In this document: positions 11,586-21,303 of the stretch, one piece after another
How positions within the stretch are numbered: position 1 is the first letter of the stretch
Layout of the letters: the number at the start of each line of letters is the position of its first letter
Source: Acidobacteriota bacterium
GTDB lineage: Bacteria; Acidobacteriota; UBA890
Assembly: GCA_965214245.1 (NCBI GenBank)
Contig: CBDCBL010000010.1
Coordinates: 480,414-544,413 of the forward strand
Reading direction: 5' to 3'
DNA length: 64,000 nucleotides
Program-made: the position numbers and the translations under genes
The notes under the pieces: model-generated
The model's database searches: none
What the model saw: the letters and a program-made list of their open reading frames with translations, nothing else
What the model was told of the DNA's origin: nothing

Positions 11586-11739
11586 GCACCTCCGCGGATC
11601 GACGATTGGGCTGGATTCGTCTTAGGGGTCGGGGTCAGCGCGTCGCAGCCTGCTTTACGGTGTGCGGAACTCCATGAGTATCGTCTTCGCGGAGTCGGCC
11701 TTCGGTGCTGACAAGGGGCTGTTGGAGCTGGCCGCGGGA

Positions 11740-13344
11740 TCAGGTCATCTGTAGGAGATGATCCGGTAGTGTCGCTTGTGGTCGCTGGCGGATGAATCGC
11801 AACGAAAATTCACTGCCGAGGCGAGCGATGCGTTTGCTCTTCGTTTCGCTCACCGTTCCTTCCTGCGCTAGTCCCTGTCGCTGATAGCGATTGTTCATGT
11901 TCCTTGAAAGGATGATGAAGCCGAGCAGCCGTCTCCAGCTTCCCAGTGGGAGGAATTCTTTACGACGCCAGATGTTTCGCAGCGTGTAGAACTCGTCCCA
12001 TGCTCGGTGGGTGATGTCGAGAAGCTCACGTTCGCCTTGTGGACCGTCGAAATGCGGATGTCCCTCCCACACGATGCGCGGGTTTGTGGGATCGAGCCAG
12101 TAGCCGATCTCTTCCGGCGAGAGATGCTCTCGTACCCAATCGGGAGCCCCAAAGGTCTTGAGCCGTAGAGGCCCGATCCCTTTCTGGATGTTGAACCAGT
12201 CTTTGGTTCCCGGAAGAACGTTCAGGGTCGGGAACTGACCGATCGCCAGATCGAGATCCGGGACAGCATCGATCGTCTCGAGGAGGCTCGGCGGAGTGTT
12301 TCCTGGAAGCCCCATGATGACGGATCCCAAGATGAAAGGAACGTACTCGGTGATCTGCGCAAGCTTTTCCGTGAGTTCCTCCCCGGCATAGTTCCACTCT
12401 TTGTCGATGCTATCGAGCCCCTCTTGTGTGACCGACTCAATGCCGATCAGCGCTCCAAAAACGCGTGCCTTCTGCATTGCTCTCAGATATTCCGCATCAT
12501 CGGCAACTTCCATGACGATTTGGGTCCCGAACATCATGTCGGGCGGCGTCTCGTTGGCGAGGCGATCGAGGAATTGCAATCGTAGTTGTCGCCCTTGTTC
12601 GATTCCCTTCCTGTGCTCGGGATCTTTTCTCGCAATGTCCTGGACGGAGTAGGGGTAGAAGTTGTCGTCGGCAAGAATGACAAGGCGGAAGCCGGCGGCG
12701 TAGAGATACTGAAGTTCGGCGATGACATCATCATCCTCTGATCGGCGTGGCTTGCGTCCATCCTGAATCCATACGGAGCAAAACGAGCAGCTTTTCATGC
12801 AACCGCGGACCGTTTGTACCGTTGGAGTAACGTAGCGGTCGAGATTCGGGAGAAGGTCCCAGCGCGCGCGAACGAATGCCGAGGAGGGCGCCAGCCCACC
12901 GTTGTAGCTCGTCTCGAGTTTTCTCGTGGCATAGTCGCGGACTGCTCGAGGCCAGCTGACTTCGCCATCTCCCTTAACGATGGCGTCGGCGCATTGGAGT
13001 CTTAGCGGTTCATCCCCCACGCTCTTGACGTGGGCGCCCCCCATGACGACCGTTGCTCCGTGGTGTTGGCGGAGTTTGCGAGCCAATTCATAGGCGCTGA
13101 GAGCGACAGAGGTAAAGGCAGATATCCCGACGAGATCCCCCGGGCGTACTTCATCGAACGGGAACGGCTCGATGGCCATGTCGACAATGTGGAGGTTCTC
13201 GATTTCATCTAGTTGCGGTGTGCACGCCGCCAGTACCGGCAGGACGCGCGACGTGATCATCGCCGACCCGATGCGCTCACTATCTCTTGCTGGCATGACG
13301 AGAAATACGTTGAACGGTTTCCGACGTCCTTGGACAATGTTCAT
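11740..13344 (-). CDS. B12-binding-domain radical SAM protein (class B radical SAM)
   Basis: N-terminal Rossmann-like cobalamin-binding region followed by a CxxxCxxC cluster (CMKSCSFC). 534 aa from the ATG at 13344. Visibly lower GC than its neighbours. Confidence 0.7.
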   Translation of the reverse strand: MNIVQGRRKPFNVFLVMPARDSERIGSAMITSRVLPVLAACTPQLDEIENLHIVDMAIEPFPFDEVRPGDLVGISAFTSVALSAYELARKLRQHHGATVVMGGAHVKSVGDEPLRLQCADAIVKGDGEVSWPRAVRDYATRKLETSYNGGLAPSSAFVRARWDLLPNLDRYVTPTVQTVRGCMKSCSFCSVWIQDGRKPRRSEDDDVIAELQYLYAAGFRLVILADDNFYPYSVQDIARKDPEHRKGIEQGRQLRLQFLDRLANETPPDMMFGTQIVMEVADDAEYLRAMQKARVFGALIGIESVTQEGLDSIDKEWNYAGEELTEKLAQITEYVPFILGSVIMGLPGNTPPSLLETIDAVPDLDLAIGQFPTLNVLPGTKDWFNIQKGIGPLRLKTFGAPDWVREHLSPEEIGYWLDPTNPRIVWEGHPHFDGPQGERELLDITHRAWDEFYTLRNIWRRKEFLPLGSWRRLLGFIILSRNMNNRYQRQGLAQEGTVSETKSKRIARLGSEFSLRFIRQRPQATLPDHLLQMT

Positions 13345-13542
13345 GGCTCTTTCCGATATGGGCCCCAGGTGTTTGGGCGTTGTGCTGGAGTGTATGCCAG
13401 CGCGCCGGGAAACGCCCCTAACATCCTTGCTGATACCGGATTTGAGTCTGTTGCGGGGAGAGTTTGTAGGTTGGCTCAGGGCTATTCCTGGCAACCAACC
13501 TTTCAAACGGCTTCACAGCTCCACGGGTGAAGCGGCTCATTG

Positions 13543-13568
13543 GCGATAACTCGTGGCCGAGTTATCGC
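13543..13568 (-). terminator. Perfect 11-bp stem / 4-nt loop hairpin overlapping the stop codon of the serine hydrolase gene. No U-tract.
   Basis: GCGATAACTCG-GCCA-CGAGTTATCGC on the coding strand. May be a terminator or a regulatory hairpin in the leader of the downstream radical SAM gene. Confidence 0.3.
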
Positions 13569-14866
13569 TGGGCAGCCGCGTTGGCCCGGGCGAATATGTT
13601 GGCGAGCACGCGCGAGAGCAACGAGGCGCGAAAGAACGGACGCACGCCCCCGCCGAGCTCATAGTCGGCGGCTAGGCTCTTGGCAAACGAGACGTTGGTA
13701 ATGGTCGCGATGACGATCCCGTGCTCGGGAAGTGTCACGAACGAGGTCGTTCCGCCGACCGAGCTACCTTCGTGGCCGAACACCGTCGTGGGCTCGGATG
13801 CCGGCCCGATCGAGATCTCGCGCACGAACCAGCCGAGCCCGTATCCGGTCGATTCCCCGGACCCAAGCTCGAGCGGCGTGCGCAGCGTCCCGAGCGTCTC
13901 GGCGCGCAACAAGCGTCCTTCGAGTATCGCGAGACCGAACCGCACGACGTCGGTTGGGGTCGACAGGAGTGCGCCCGCTCCCTGCATACAGGTGTTGTCG
14001 ACCCAGTGGTTAGTGTCCTCGACGCCGAAGCTTGGATCGCGAGCCGCAAACGGAAAATAGAAGCTCGTGCGGCGGGCGACGGGCCCTGTGGGGTCATCGA
14101 GGATGGTATCCCGCATCTCCAGCGGGTCGAAGACCTCGCGCTGCATGAAGTCGAGAAACGGCTCGCCGGCGGCGGCCTGGACGACCGCGCCCACCAGCGT
14201 CCAGCCGTAGGTCGAGTACTGGTACCGGGTACCGGGCTCGAAGAGCAGCGGATCACCGGCGAAGAGCTCGGGGTGGTCGGGAACACGCGCAACTCGGGCC
14301 CCGTCCAGCCCGTCGAGTGGGGTGTCGCAGTGGTGCCGCCGGTAGAGCGCCTCCTCGTCGTCGCCGTAGTGGCGCACGCCGGCGACGTGTCCCATCAGCT
14401 GGCGCGTGGTGACGGGCCACTCCTTTTCGGGAAAGCTCCGCACGTAGTCTCGAACCGGCGCGTTGAGATCGAGCAGCCCGCGCTCGTGCAGCAGTCCGAC
14501 GGCCGTGGCGGTCATCGGCATGGCGACGCTCCCGATGCGGAATCGGGTCTTCGGTGTCACCGGTAGCCGCTCGTCGATATCCGCCCAGCCGAAGCCCTCG
14601 GCCCAGACGACCTCTCCCGCCACCCCCACAGCGAGCGACAGGCCGGGCAGGTTCTCCTCGACGATAAAGGCGCGAACGAGAGGGCGTGCCCGCTCGACCG
14701 CGTCGATGTACATCGGGTCGGGTGGCTCGTCGATCTGCGACCGCACCGCCGAAGGGTCGTTGCCGTGTACGATGGTGCAGGCGACGAGGAGAGGTGTGGC
14801 TAGCAGGAGAATCGTGGCTGGCGGAAGCGAAAGGAAGCGGCCGAGGCGAGTTGGCGAGTTGTTCAT
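13562..14866 (-). CDS. Beta-lactamase/PBP-like serine hydrolase lipoprotein
   Basis: Lipobox LLVAC after MNNSPTRLGRF... Beta-lactamase-family fold. The nucleophile region reads GSVAM; an S-x-x-K motif is not obvious. Confidence 0.6.
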   Translation of the reverse strand: MNNSPTRLGRFLSLPPATILLLATPLLVACTIVHGNDPSAVRSQIDEPPDPMYIDAVERARPLVRAFIVEENLPGLSLAVGVAGEVVWAEGFGWADIDERLPVTPKTRFRIGSVAMPMTATAVGLLHERGLLDLNAPVRDYVRSFPEKEWPVTTRQLMGHVAGVRHYGDDEEALYRRHHCDTPLDGLDGARVARVPDHPELFAGDPLLFEPGTRYQYSTYGWTLVGAVVQAAAGEPFLDFMQREVFDPLEMRDTILDDPTGPVARRTSFYFPFAARDPSFGVEDTNHWVDNTCMQGAGALLSTPTDVVRFGLAILEGRLLRAETLGTLRTPLELGSGESTGYGLGWFVREISIGPASEPTTVFGHEGSSVGGTTSFVTLPEHGIVIATITNVSFAKSLAADYELGGGVRPFFRASLLSRVLANIFARANAAAQR

Positions 14867-14923
14867 GCAATGTACTTTGTCATACAAAGTAAATGCCGTC
14901 AAACAGACGTCGCCGCAACCCGA

Positions 14924-17628
14924 TCATTCGTCCTGCAGCACCGTCGCCGGATCCAGCCGGCTGGCCCGCAGCGCCGGCCACAAGCATGCCATGCCCGCGA
15001 CGGCGAAGAGCAGGACGGCGACGCCGCCAAGGGTCACCGGGTCCACCGGCTCGACCCCGAACAGCATCCCGGCCACTAGCCGCGTCGCCGGGATCGACGC
15101 GGCGATGCCGAGGGCCACGCCGACCCCGGCCAGGGCGAGCCCCCTCCGCAGGACCATGCCGGTGACCTCGGTGCGGGTGGCGCCCAGGGCCAGCCGCACC
15201 CCCATCTCCCGGGTGCCGAGACGGACGGCGTAGGCGAGCACACCGTAGACGCCGGCGGCGGCGAGCCCCAGGGCGACGAGGGCGAAGCCCGACAGCAGCA
15301 GGGCGTAGAAGCGCTCGGTGGACGCCGTGGCCCCGACCAGCATCTCGACCGCGAAGACATCCTGGGCCGGCAGCAGCGGGTCGAGCTCGACGAAGACCTC
15401 TTCGAGCCGGCTCTGCAACTCCGCCGGGCTGCCCTGCCCCTTGAGGGCGACGGTCATGAAGCCGAACCCCACCTGCCCCAGAGGTAAGAAGAGCTCGGTT
15501 CGGGGCTCCTCCATCGGCCCGTAGAAGCGCGTGTCCTCGACGACGCCGACCACCTCGCCGAAGCCGTCCTGCCGCCAGATGTTCTGGACGCGCTTGCCGA
15601 GGGCCCTCTCCCCCGGCCAGAGTGCCTCGGCGGTCGAGCGGTTGACGATGGCCGCCAGGGGGCCGCCGTGGTCGCGCTCGTCGAAGAAGCGTCCCTCGAT
15701 CAGACGGAAGCCGATGGCCTCCATGTACCCGGGGCTGACGATGCGGAAGTCCACCTGGGGCGCCTCGCCCCAACCGACGGCTGGGTCGGTACGGGTGGGA
15801 AGGTCGAAGTTCGTGGCCACCGGGTCCATCGGGAGCGCCGACGTCAGGCCGGCGGCCTCGGCCCCGGGCACGGCCCGCGCCCGCCGCAGCAGCTCCTGGT
15901 AGTAGACCTGCTGCGGCTCGCCCTCGGGGTAGCGTTGGGCGTCGAGTGCGACGCGGGCGGCGACGACGCCCTCGGGCTCGAACCCGATGTCCACGCCGCC
16001 GATGGCGAGGACGGTGCGCACCAGCAGACCCGCTCCCACGAGGAGGACCACCGTCACGCCGACCTGCAACACCACACCAGGGCACGCCGGGTGCGACCTG
16101 CGACGCTCGTGCCGCGGTCGCCCGCCGTCCCTCGGCCCAGCCCCGCCACCGCCGACTCAGCGCCGCGAACGGCCGGGAAGACGCCGACCGTCAGCCCCAC
16201 CAGGGCGCCGCCAGCCCTACGGTGAACGCCACCGTCACGGGAGGCACCCCGCTCCCGAGAGCCCTCGGGAAGGCGTCGCCCTGCGTGGCGACGAGCCAGC
16301 GCTGCAGCCCGGCGGCGAGGGCCAGGCCGCCGGCCCCACCTAGAAGGCCCAGGATCAGGCTCTCCACCAGGGTCCATCCGCACCAGGGCGCCGGCGGCCC
16401 GCACCGAGCGCCACCCGCACCGCCATCTCCCGTCGCCGATCGGTGGCGCGCACCAGGAGCAGGTTCGCGACGTTCACGGCCGCCACCAGTAGCAGCAGGC
16501 CTACGGCGATGCTCGCCACATTCAGGCGCGAGCGGACGTCGCCGAGGAGTTGCTCTGCGAGTGGCTCGGCCCGTGCCGACCATCCCCGGGCCGAGGTCGG
16601 ATAGGTCTCGGCGATCCTCTCGGTCGCCGCCGCCGCCTCGGCGGTCGCCGCCGGGACGCTTGCCCCGGGTGCCAGGCGACCCACCGCGTGGACGACCCGG
16701 TTGCCCCGATTGGTCGGATTGGGCGGGATCAGGGGACTCGGCTCGAAGAGCTGCGCCATCGACCCGATGACCTCGAGCCGTGGCGGCGTGACTCCGACGA
16801 TCTCCCGGTCGACCCCGTCCACGGGGATCTCGCCTCCGATGATCCCCGGGTCACCGCCGAAGCGACCCATCCACAGGTCGTGGGAGATCATGATCGCCGT
16901 CGCGGGCGCCCCCTCGACCTCGTCGTCGCGGCTCAGGTTGCGCCCGAGGGCCGGACGGATTCCTAGGACCTCGAAGAGGTCGCCACTGACCTGGGCGGTG
17001 ATCAGCTCCTCGGGGCGCTCCGGGTCCTCGTGGGTGCGGGTCAGCAATTCCCAGCCGACGAGGTCGCGGATCGTCGTCAACTCGCGACGCCAGTCCTGGA
17101 AGGTGGCCGTGGAGGTCGGCATCGCCTCGACGCCGGTCTCCGGCATGCGCTCGAGCAAGCATCACCAGCGAGTCCGGCTCGCGGAGGTCGAGGGGGCGCA
17201 GCAGCACGTCCCACACGACCCCGAAGGTGGCGATGGACGCGCCCAGCGCCAGGCTCAGGGTGATCACGACGGCGCCGACGAACATGGGCGTGCGCCGGAG
17301 CGACCGGAACGCCTGCACCAGGTCGAAGCGGAGCCCCTCGAAGAACACTCTCCATCCTCCGACGCCCGCCGTCGCGGAACGGCCGCTTCCGGCCCCACCT
17401 GCCGCGGCTTCGCGGCGGGCAGCGTGGGTGGCACGCGCGACGCGCCGCGGGTCACCGAAGCGACGCCGCGCCTCGGGCCTCGTCGGCGGATATCCCCTCC
17501 GCTTCGAGCCGTGCCTGGAGCTCCTCCAGGTGGTGGCTCATCTCTTCCCGGACCCGCTCGCCACCGGAGGGAACATCGACCTCTCCACGTCCCGTCCGGT
17601 CCCTCCCGTCTTCGCCGTCAACGCTCAT
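14924..17628 (-). CDS. ADOP / MacB-FtsX-like ABC transporter permease (about 900 aa), read through at least 4 frame breaks.
   Basis: N-terminal region ...LRFHLE-like (ORF fragments 17264-17628), first FtsX domain (16355..17158), MacB-like periplasmic domain, second FtsX domain with C-terminal ...ASRLDPATVLQDE (14924..16075). The pieces are collinear but in different frames. Confidence 0.6.
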
Positions 17629-17637
17629 CTCGGCTCC

Positions 17638-17970
17638 TCACGCGTTCGCCTTGAGGACCTTCCGCACCGCCCACGCCGAGCCTTCCCACCGGGATCGCTG
17701 GCGCTCGAGCTCGGCCTCACCCTCGTCGGTGAGCCGGTAGTAGCGGGCTCTCCGGCCGTGCTCCGTGCGCTGCCAGTCGGAGTCGAGCCAGCCCCGCTCC
17801 TCCATCCGGTGCAGGGCCGGGTAGAGGGCCCCTTCCTCCACGGTCAGGCGGTCCCCGGTGACCGCCTCGACCCAGCGGGCGATGCCGAACCCGTGCTGCG
17901 GCTCGACGAAGACCGCCTTCATCGCCAGCATCTCCAGGGTGCCGGGAACCAGCTCCACTCTTCGATCCAT
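17638..17970 (-). CDS. PadR family transcriptional regulator
   Basis: YPALHRMEERGWL winged-helix motif. 110 aa from the ATG at 17970. Ends 9 bp upstream of the permease start, which is preceded by a GAGGAG ribosome-binding site. This is the classic PadR-ADOP pairing. Confidence 0.8.
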   Translation of the reverse strand: MDRRVELVPGTLEMLAMKAVFVEPQHGFGIARWVEAVTGDRLTVEEGALYPALHRMEERGWLDSDWQRTEHGRRARYYRLTDEGEAELERQRSRWEGSAWAVRKVLKANA

Positions 17971-18236
17971 GTCCGCCTCGCCGTTCAGGTTCCTCGGGGC
18001 TTGCGATTGAAGATCCACCAGTCCATCGCCCAGCGCTGGTGGGCATCCTGCTGAAGCGGGCCGCGAGATCCTGGTCACCCTAAACCACTTACCCTAAGTC
18101 ATCAAGGGTAGAGCATGAAGCCTTTGAGATTGCCCATCAGATCGCTGAGGCGTTGGAAGCCGAGCACGACCAGGCAATCGCCCTGGACTCCTCGGAGCTG
18201 TAGACTGCAGCGACGACCCGCATCCAGGAGAGTGAG

Positions 18237-20786
18237 ATGAATCGAGAGCTGCTGCAAGCGACCCTTCTCATCTGCCTCTTGATCGGCCCGGGCCTCGTCG
18301 TCGCCCAGGACTTCGCCGCCTACCCGAGCCCCTTCGTCGTCGGCTATCCTGCGAGCGGCTTCCGCGGAGCCGGCAAGATGTACATGGAGAGCTACTTTCC
18401 TCCGCCGGTGACCGCGTCCCCGACGTATCCGGCGTGGTCCCCGGACGGGGCCTCGCTGGCGTTCGCCTATCAGGGGCGCATCTGGAGGGTTCCGGTCGAG
18501 GGGGGTGTCGCCGAGCAACTGACGACGGGCGCCGGATACCACTCCCAACCGAGCTGGTCTCCCGACGGGCACTACCTCGCCTACGCTGCTGACGTCGACA
18601 CGAACTTCGACATCTACACGCTCGAGCTTCAGACGGGCGAGAGCCGCAGGGTGACGGCCGATCCCCGCCTCGACCTGCGGCCGCGTTGGTCGCCCGACGG
18701 CTCCCGCATTCTCTTCACGACCGCGCGCATCGTGTCTTTCGACTTGTGAGCGTACCACGTCGAACGTCAGGTCGCGGACCCCGTCGTGGCGAACAGTCGG
18801 AACAACATGGCAGGCGACTGGATCGGAGAGGACGGAGATCTCGTCTTCGTCTCCAGGCGGGGCCAAGCTGCGCTCGGCTCGGGCTCGCTCTGGCGCTGGA
18901 GCTCGGCAACCGAACAGGCCGAGCTGCTCATCAGGATCGAGACGAACTACCAGGCCGCGCCGGTCGTCGCACCGCACGGCGGGATCGTCGCCTACGTCAC
19001 CGATGCCTCCGGAAGCAACGACCTCTACGCGGTGCCGAGCCGGAGATCGAACCGCGGCATCCAGCCGGTTCGCCTGACGCACACCGGAACCGACGAATAC
19101 TTCCCGGCCTGGTCACCCGACGGTGAGCGGCTCGCGTACGCCCGCAACGGGGGTGAGCCGGACCGTGAGCGAACCGCCGACTCGAACATGGGCTTCGGTC
19201 TCTACACCGTCGGTCGGGGCGGCGGGGCCCCGCAGCCCGTCCGTATCGACGACTACGCGTGGTCCGAGCCGACGGGCAGTGTCCGCGTGCGCGTGAGTGA
19301 CGAGAACGGCCAGCTGCTCCCGTCGCGCATTTACCTCGAGGGCTCTGACGGGCGCAGCTACTTCCCCGACGGGAGCTACCCGCGTGTGCTCAGCGTGACC
19401 GAGGAGTACTACTTCCACACGGACGGCGGCTTCTCTGTCACGCTCCCGGTGGGTGAGGCCGAGCTCGAGGTATGGCGGGGCTTCGAGTACGAGCCGGTTC
19501 GGACGTCTGTCGACGTGCGCGCGGGCGAGTGGACGACCGTCGACGTCGAGATCGAGCGGTGGATCGACATGGCCTCGCAGGGCTGGTACTCGGGCGACAA
19601 CCACATCCACCCCAACTACGGCGGCCATTATTTCGTCCAGCCGATCGATCTCAGGAACAAGGCCCGGGCCGAGGACCTGAACGTTGCCAACGGGATGATC
19701 GCCAACTACTGGGGCAACAGCCGGGTCGAGGACCTCGAGCACTTCCTGGGCCATCCGCACCCACACGGCGACGAGCGCACGGTCGTCTACTACAACGAGG
19801 AATACCGCCCCAGCTTCTTCGCCCACCTGTCGCTCCTGAACCTCGTCGAGCTGATCACACCGTTCTACATCGGCTCGATCGGAACCGCGCACCACGCCCT
19901 CTATCCGGACAACGCCTCGGTGCTTCGTCGGGTACACAACCAGGGCGGGATCGGCGGCTACGTGCACCCCTTCGGCCTGAATCATCGCGATCCGGTGGCG
20001 GCCGGTCCCAGCGGCGCGCGGGAGCTCCCCATGGACGCGATTCTCGGGCTTGCCGATTTCGTCGCCGTCGCGTGTATCTGGAGTGACGAGCTCGGCACGG
20101 CGGAGATCTGGTACCGCCTCCTGAACACCGGTTCTAGGATCCCGGCCACCGCGGGGACCGATGCAATGACCGACATCTGGCGGCACCCCGCGGTGGGAAC
20201 GACCCGGTCGTACGTTTACACCGGCCAGCCGGAGCTGGACTACGACGAGTGGGCGGACGCAATGGCCGCGGGCCGCGCGTTCGTCACGAGTGGGCCGATT
20301 CTCACGCTCGATGTGTCGGGCAGGGAGATGGGGGAGGAGCTCGAGGCTTCACGCGGTGACGTGGTCCAGGTATCTGCCACCGCGCGCTCGATCTTCGAGA
20401 TGGACCGACTGGAGATCCTCCGAGACGGCGAGGTGATTCACGTGGTGGAGGCCGACGGCGCCAAGTCACTCGACGCGGAGCTCGAGCTCAGGGTCGAATC
20501 GAGCGGCTGGATCGCGGCTCGCGTTCTAGGCCCGACGCAGCACGGAGCCATGGACAGCTACCTCTTCGCGCACACGAACCCGGTTTTCGTCATCGCCGAC
20601 GGGGAGCAGATCCGCTCGGCAAGGGACGCAGCGTTCTTCGTCGACTGGATCGACAAGACGCTCGCCGACCTCAGGGCGATGGACCGGTGGGACGATCCGG
20701 CGCACAAGGTCAAGGTCCTCGAGACGTTCGAGATGGGCCGGGCGCTGTATCAGGCCCAGGTGGAGGCGGCGCGCCGACGGCCCTGA
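18237..20786 (+). CDS. Secreted PD40/TolB-like beta-propeller fused to a PHP/amidohydrolase-like metal-dependent hydrolase domain. An in-frame TGA at 18747..18749 interrupts it.
   Basis: Signal peptide, WSPDG PD40 repeats, then a GDNHIHP (HxH) metal-binding motif and a conserved C-terminal domain. The two ORFs share one frame and are separated by a single stop in the middle of a PD40 repeat. Confidence 0.55.
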
Positions 20787-21136
20787 CGGCCGATTCTGCT
20801 AATTCCGATAAAACCCTGCAAACATTAATACCGAGGGAGGGACTCGAACCCGATCAAGGCGATTCCCGTAACCTACTGATGGCGCACGACTTTCGATCAT
20901 AACCCCTCGGCAGTGAATCACTTACCGGCGCCGATCTTGTCCCCTGGAGTCCCCCTCAGTCCCCTGGAGTGCACCCCCGTCGTGGAGACATTTTGGAGAC
21001 GGTGCAGAGCCGGAATCGCCTGGCTGCGGCTTCCCCAACCCGAGGTTTAGAAGTCCGCTGCTCTGTCCCCTGAGCTACGGGCGCGCCCTCTTTTTATGGG
21101 CACTTACGCGATTGCACGATGGGCGGCTGTGCCCGA

Positions 21137-21303
21137 ATGGCGCCAGCAGTACAACCGCGTACGACCGCACAGCTCGCTGGGCTATCGACCTCCGGCACCG
21201 GAAGCGGTGTTGTTGAAACCGGCTACGCTACGCTTCGCCGGCCTCAACAACCTCTTGTCAGCACCGTGTTACTGAGATAGAAGGTGGTACTAACCGCGGG
21301 GTC
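21137..21303 (+). mobile_element. Solo right-end remnant of the IS3-family (IS407-like) element: last 45 codons of orfB plus the terminal inverted repeat.
   Basis: Identical to 26901..27067 of IS3 copy A, ending ...GGTGGTACTAACCGCGGGGTCTGGTCA. Confidence 0.85.

Noticed and set aside
13345-13561. Cobalamin riboswitch in the leader of the B12-binding radical SAM gene
   Set aside because: No B12-box-like element or characteristic paired regions are visible by eye. Only a perfect hairpin at the upstream gene's stop was found. A covariance-model scan is needed to exclude it properly.
20832-20905. Possible complete tRNA gene on the minus strand
   Set aside because: Only the T-arm and acceptor 3' strand are recognisable. 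No D-arm or anticodon arm can be folded and the T-stem has two mismatches. It is kept as a remnant or att-like scar in the findings rather than as a tRNA feature.
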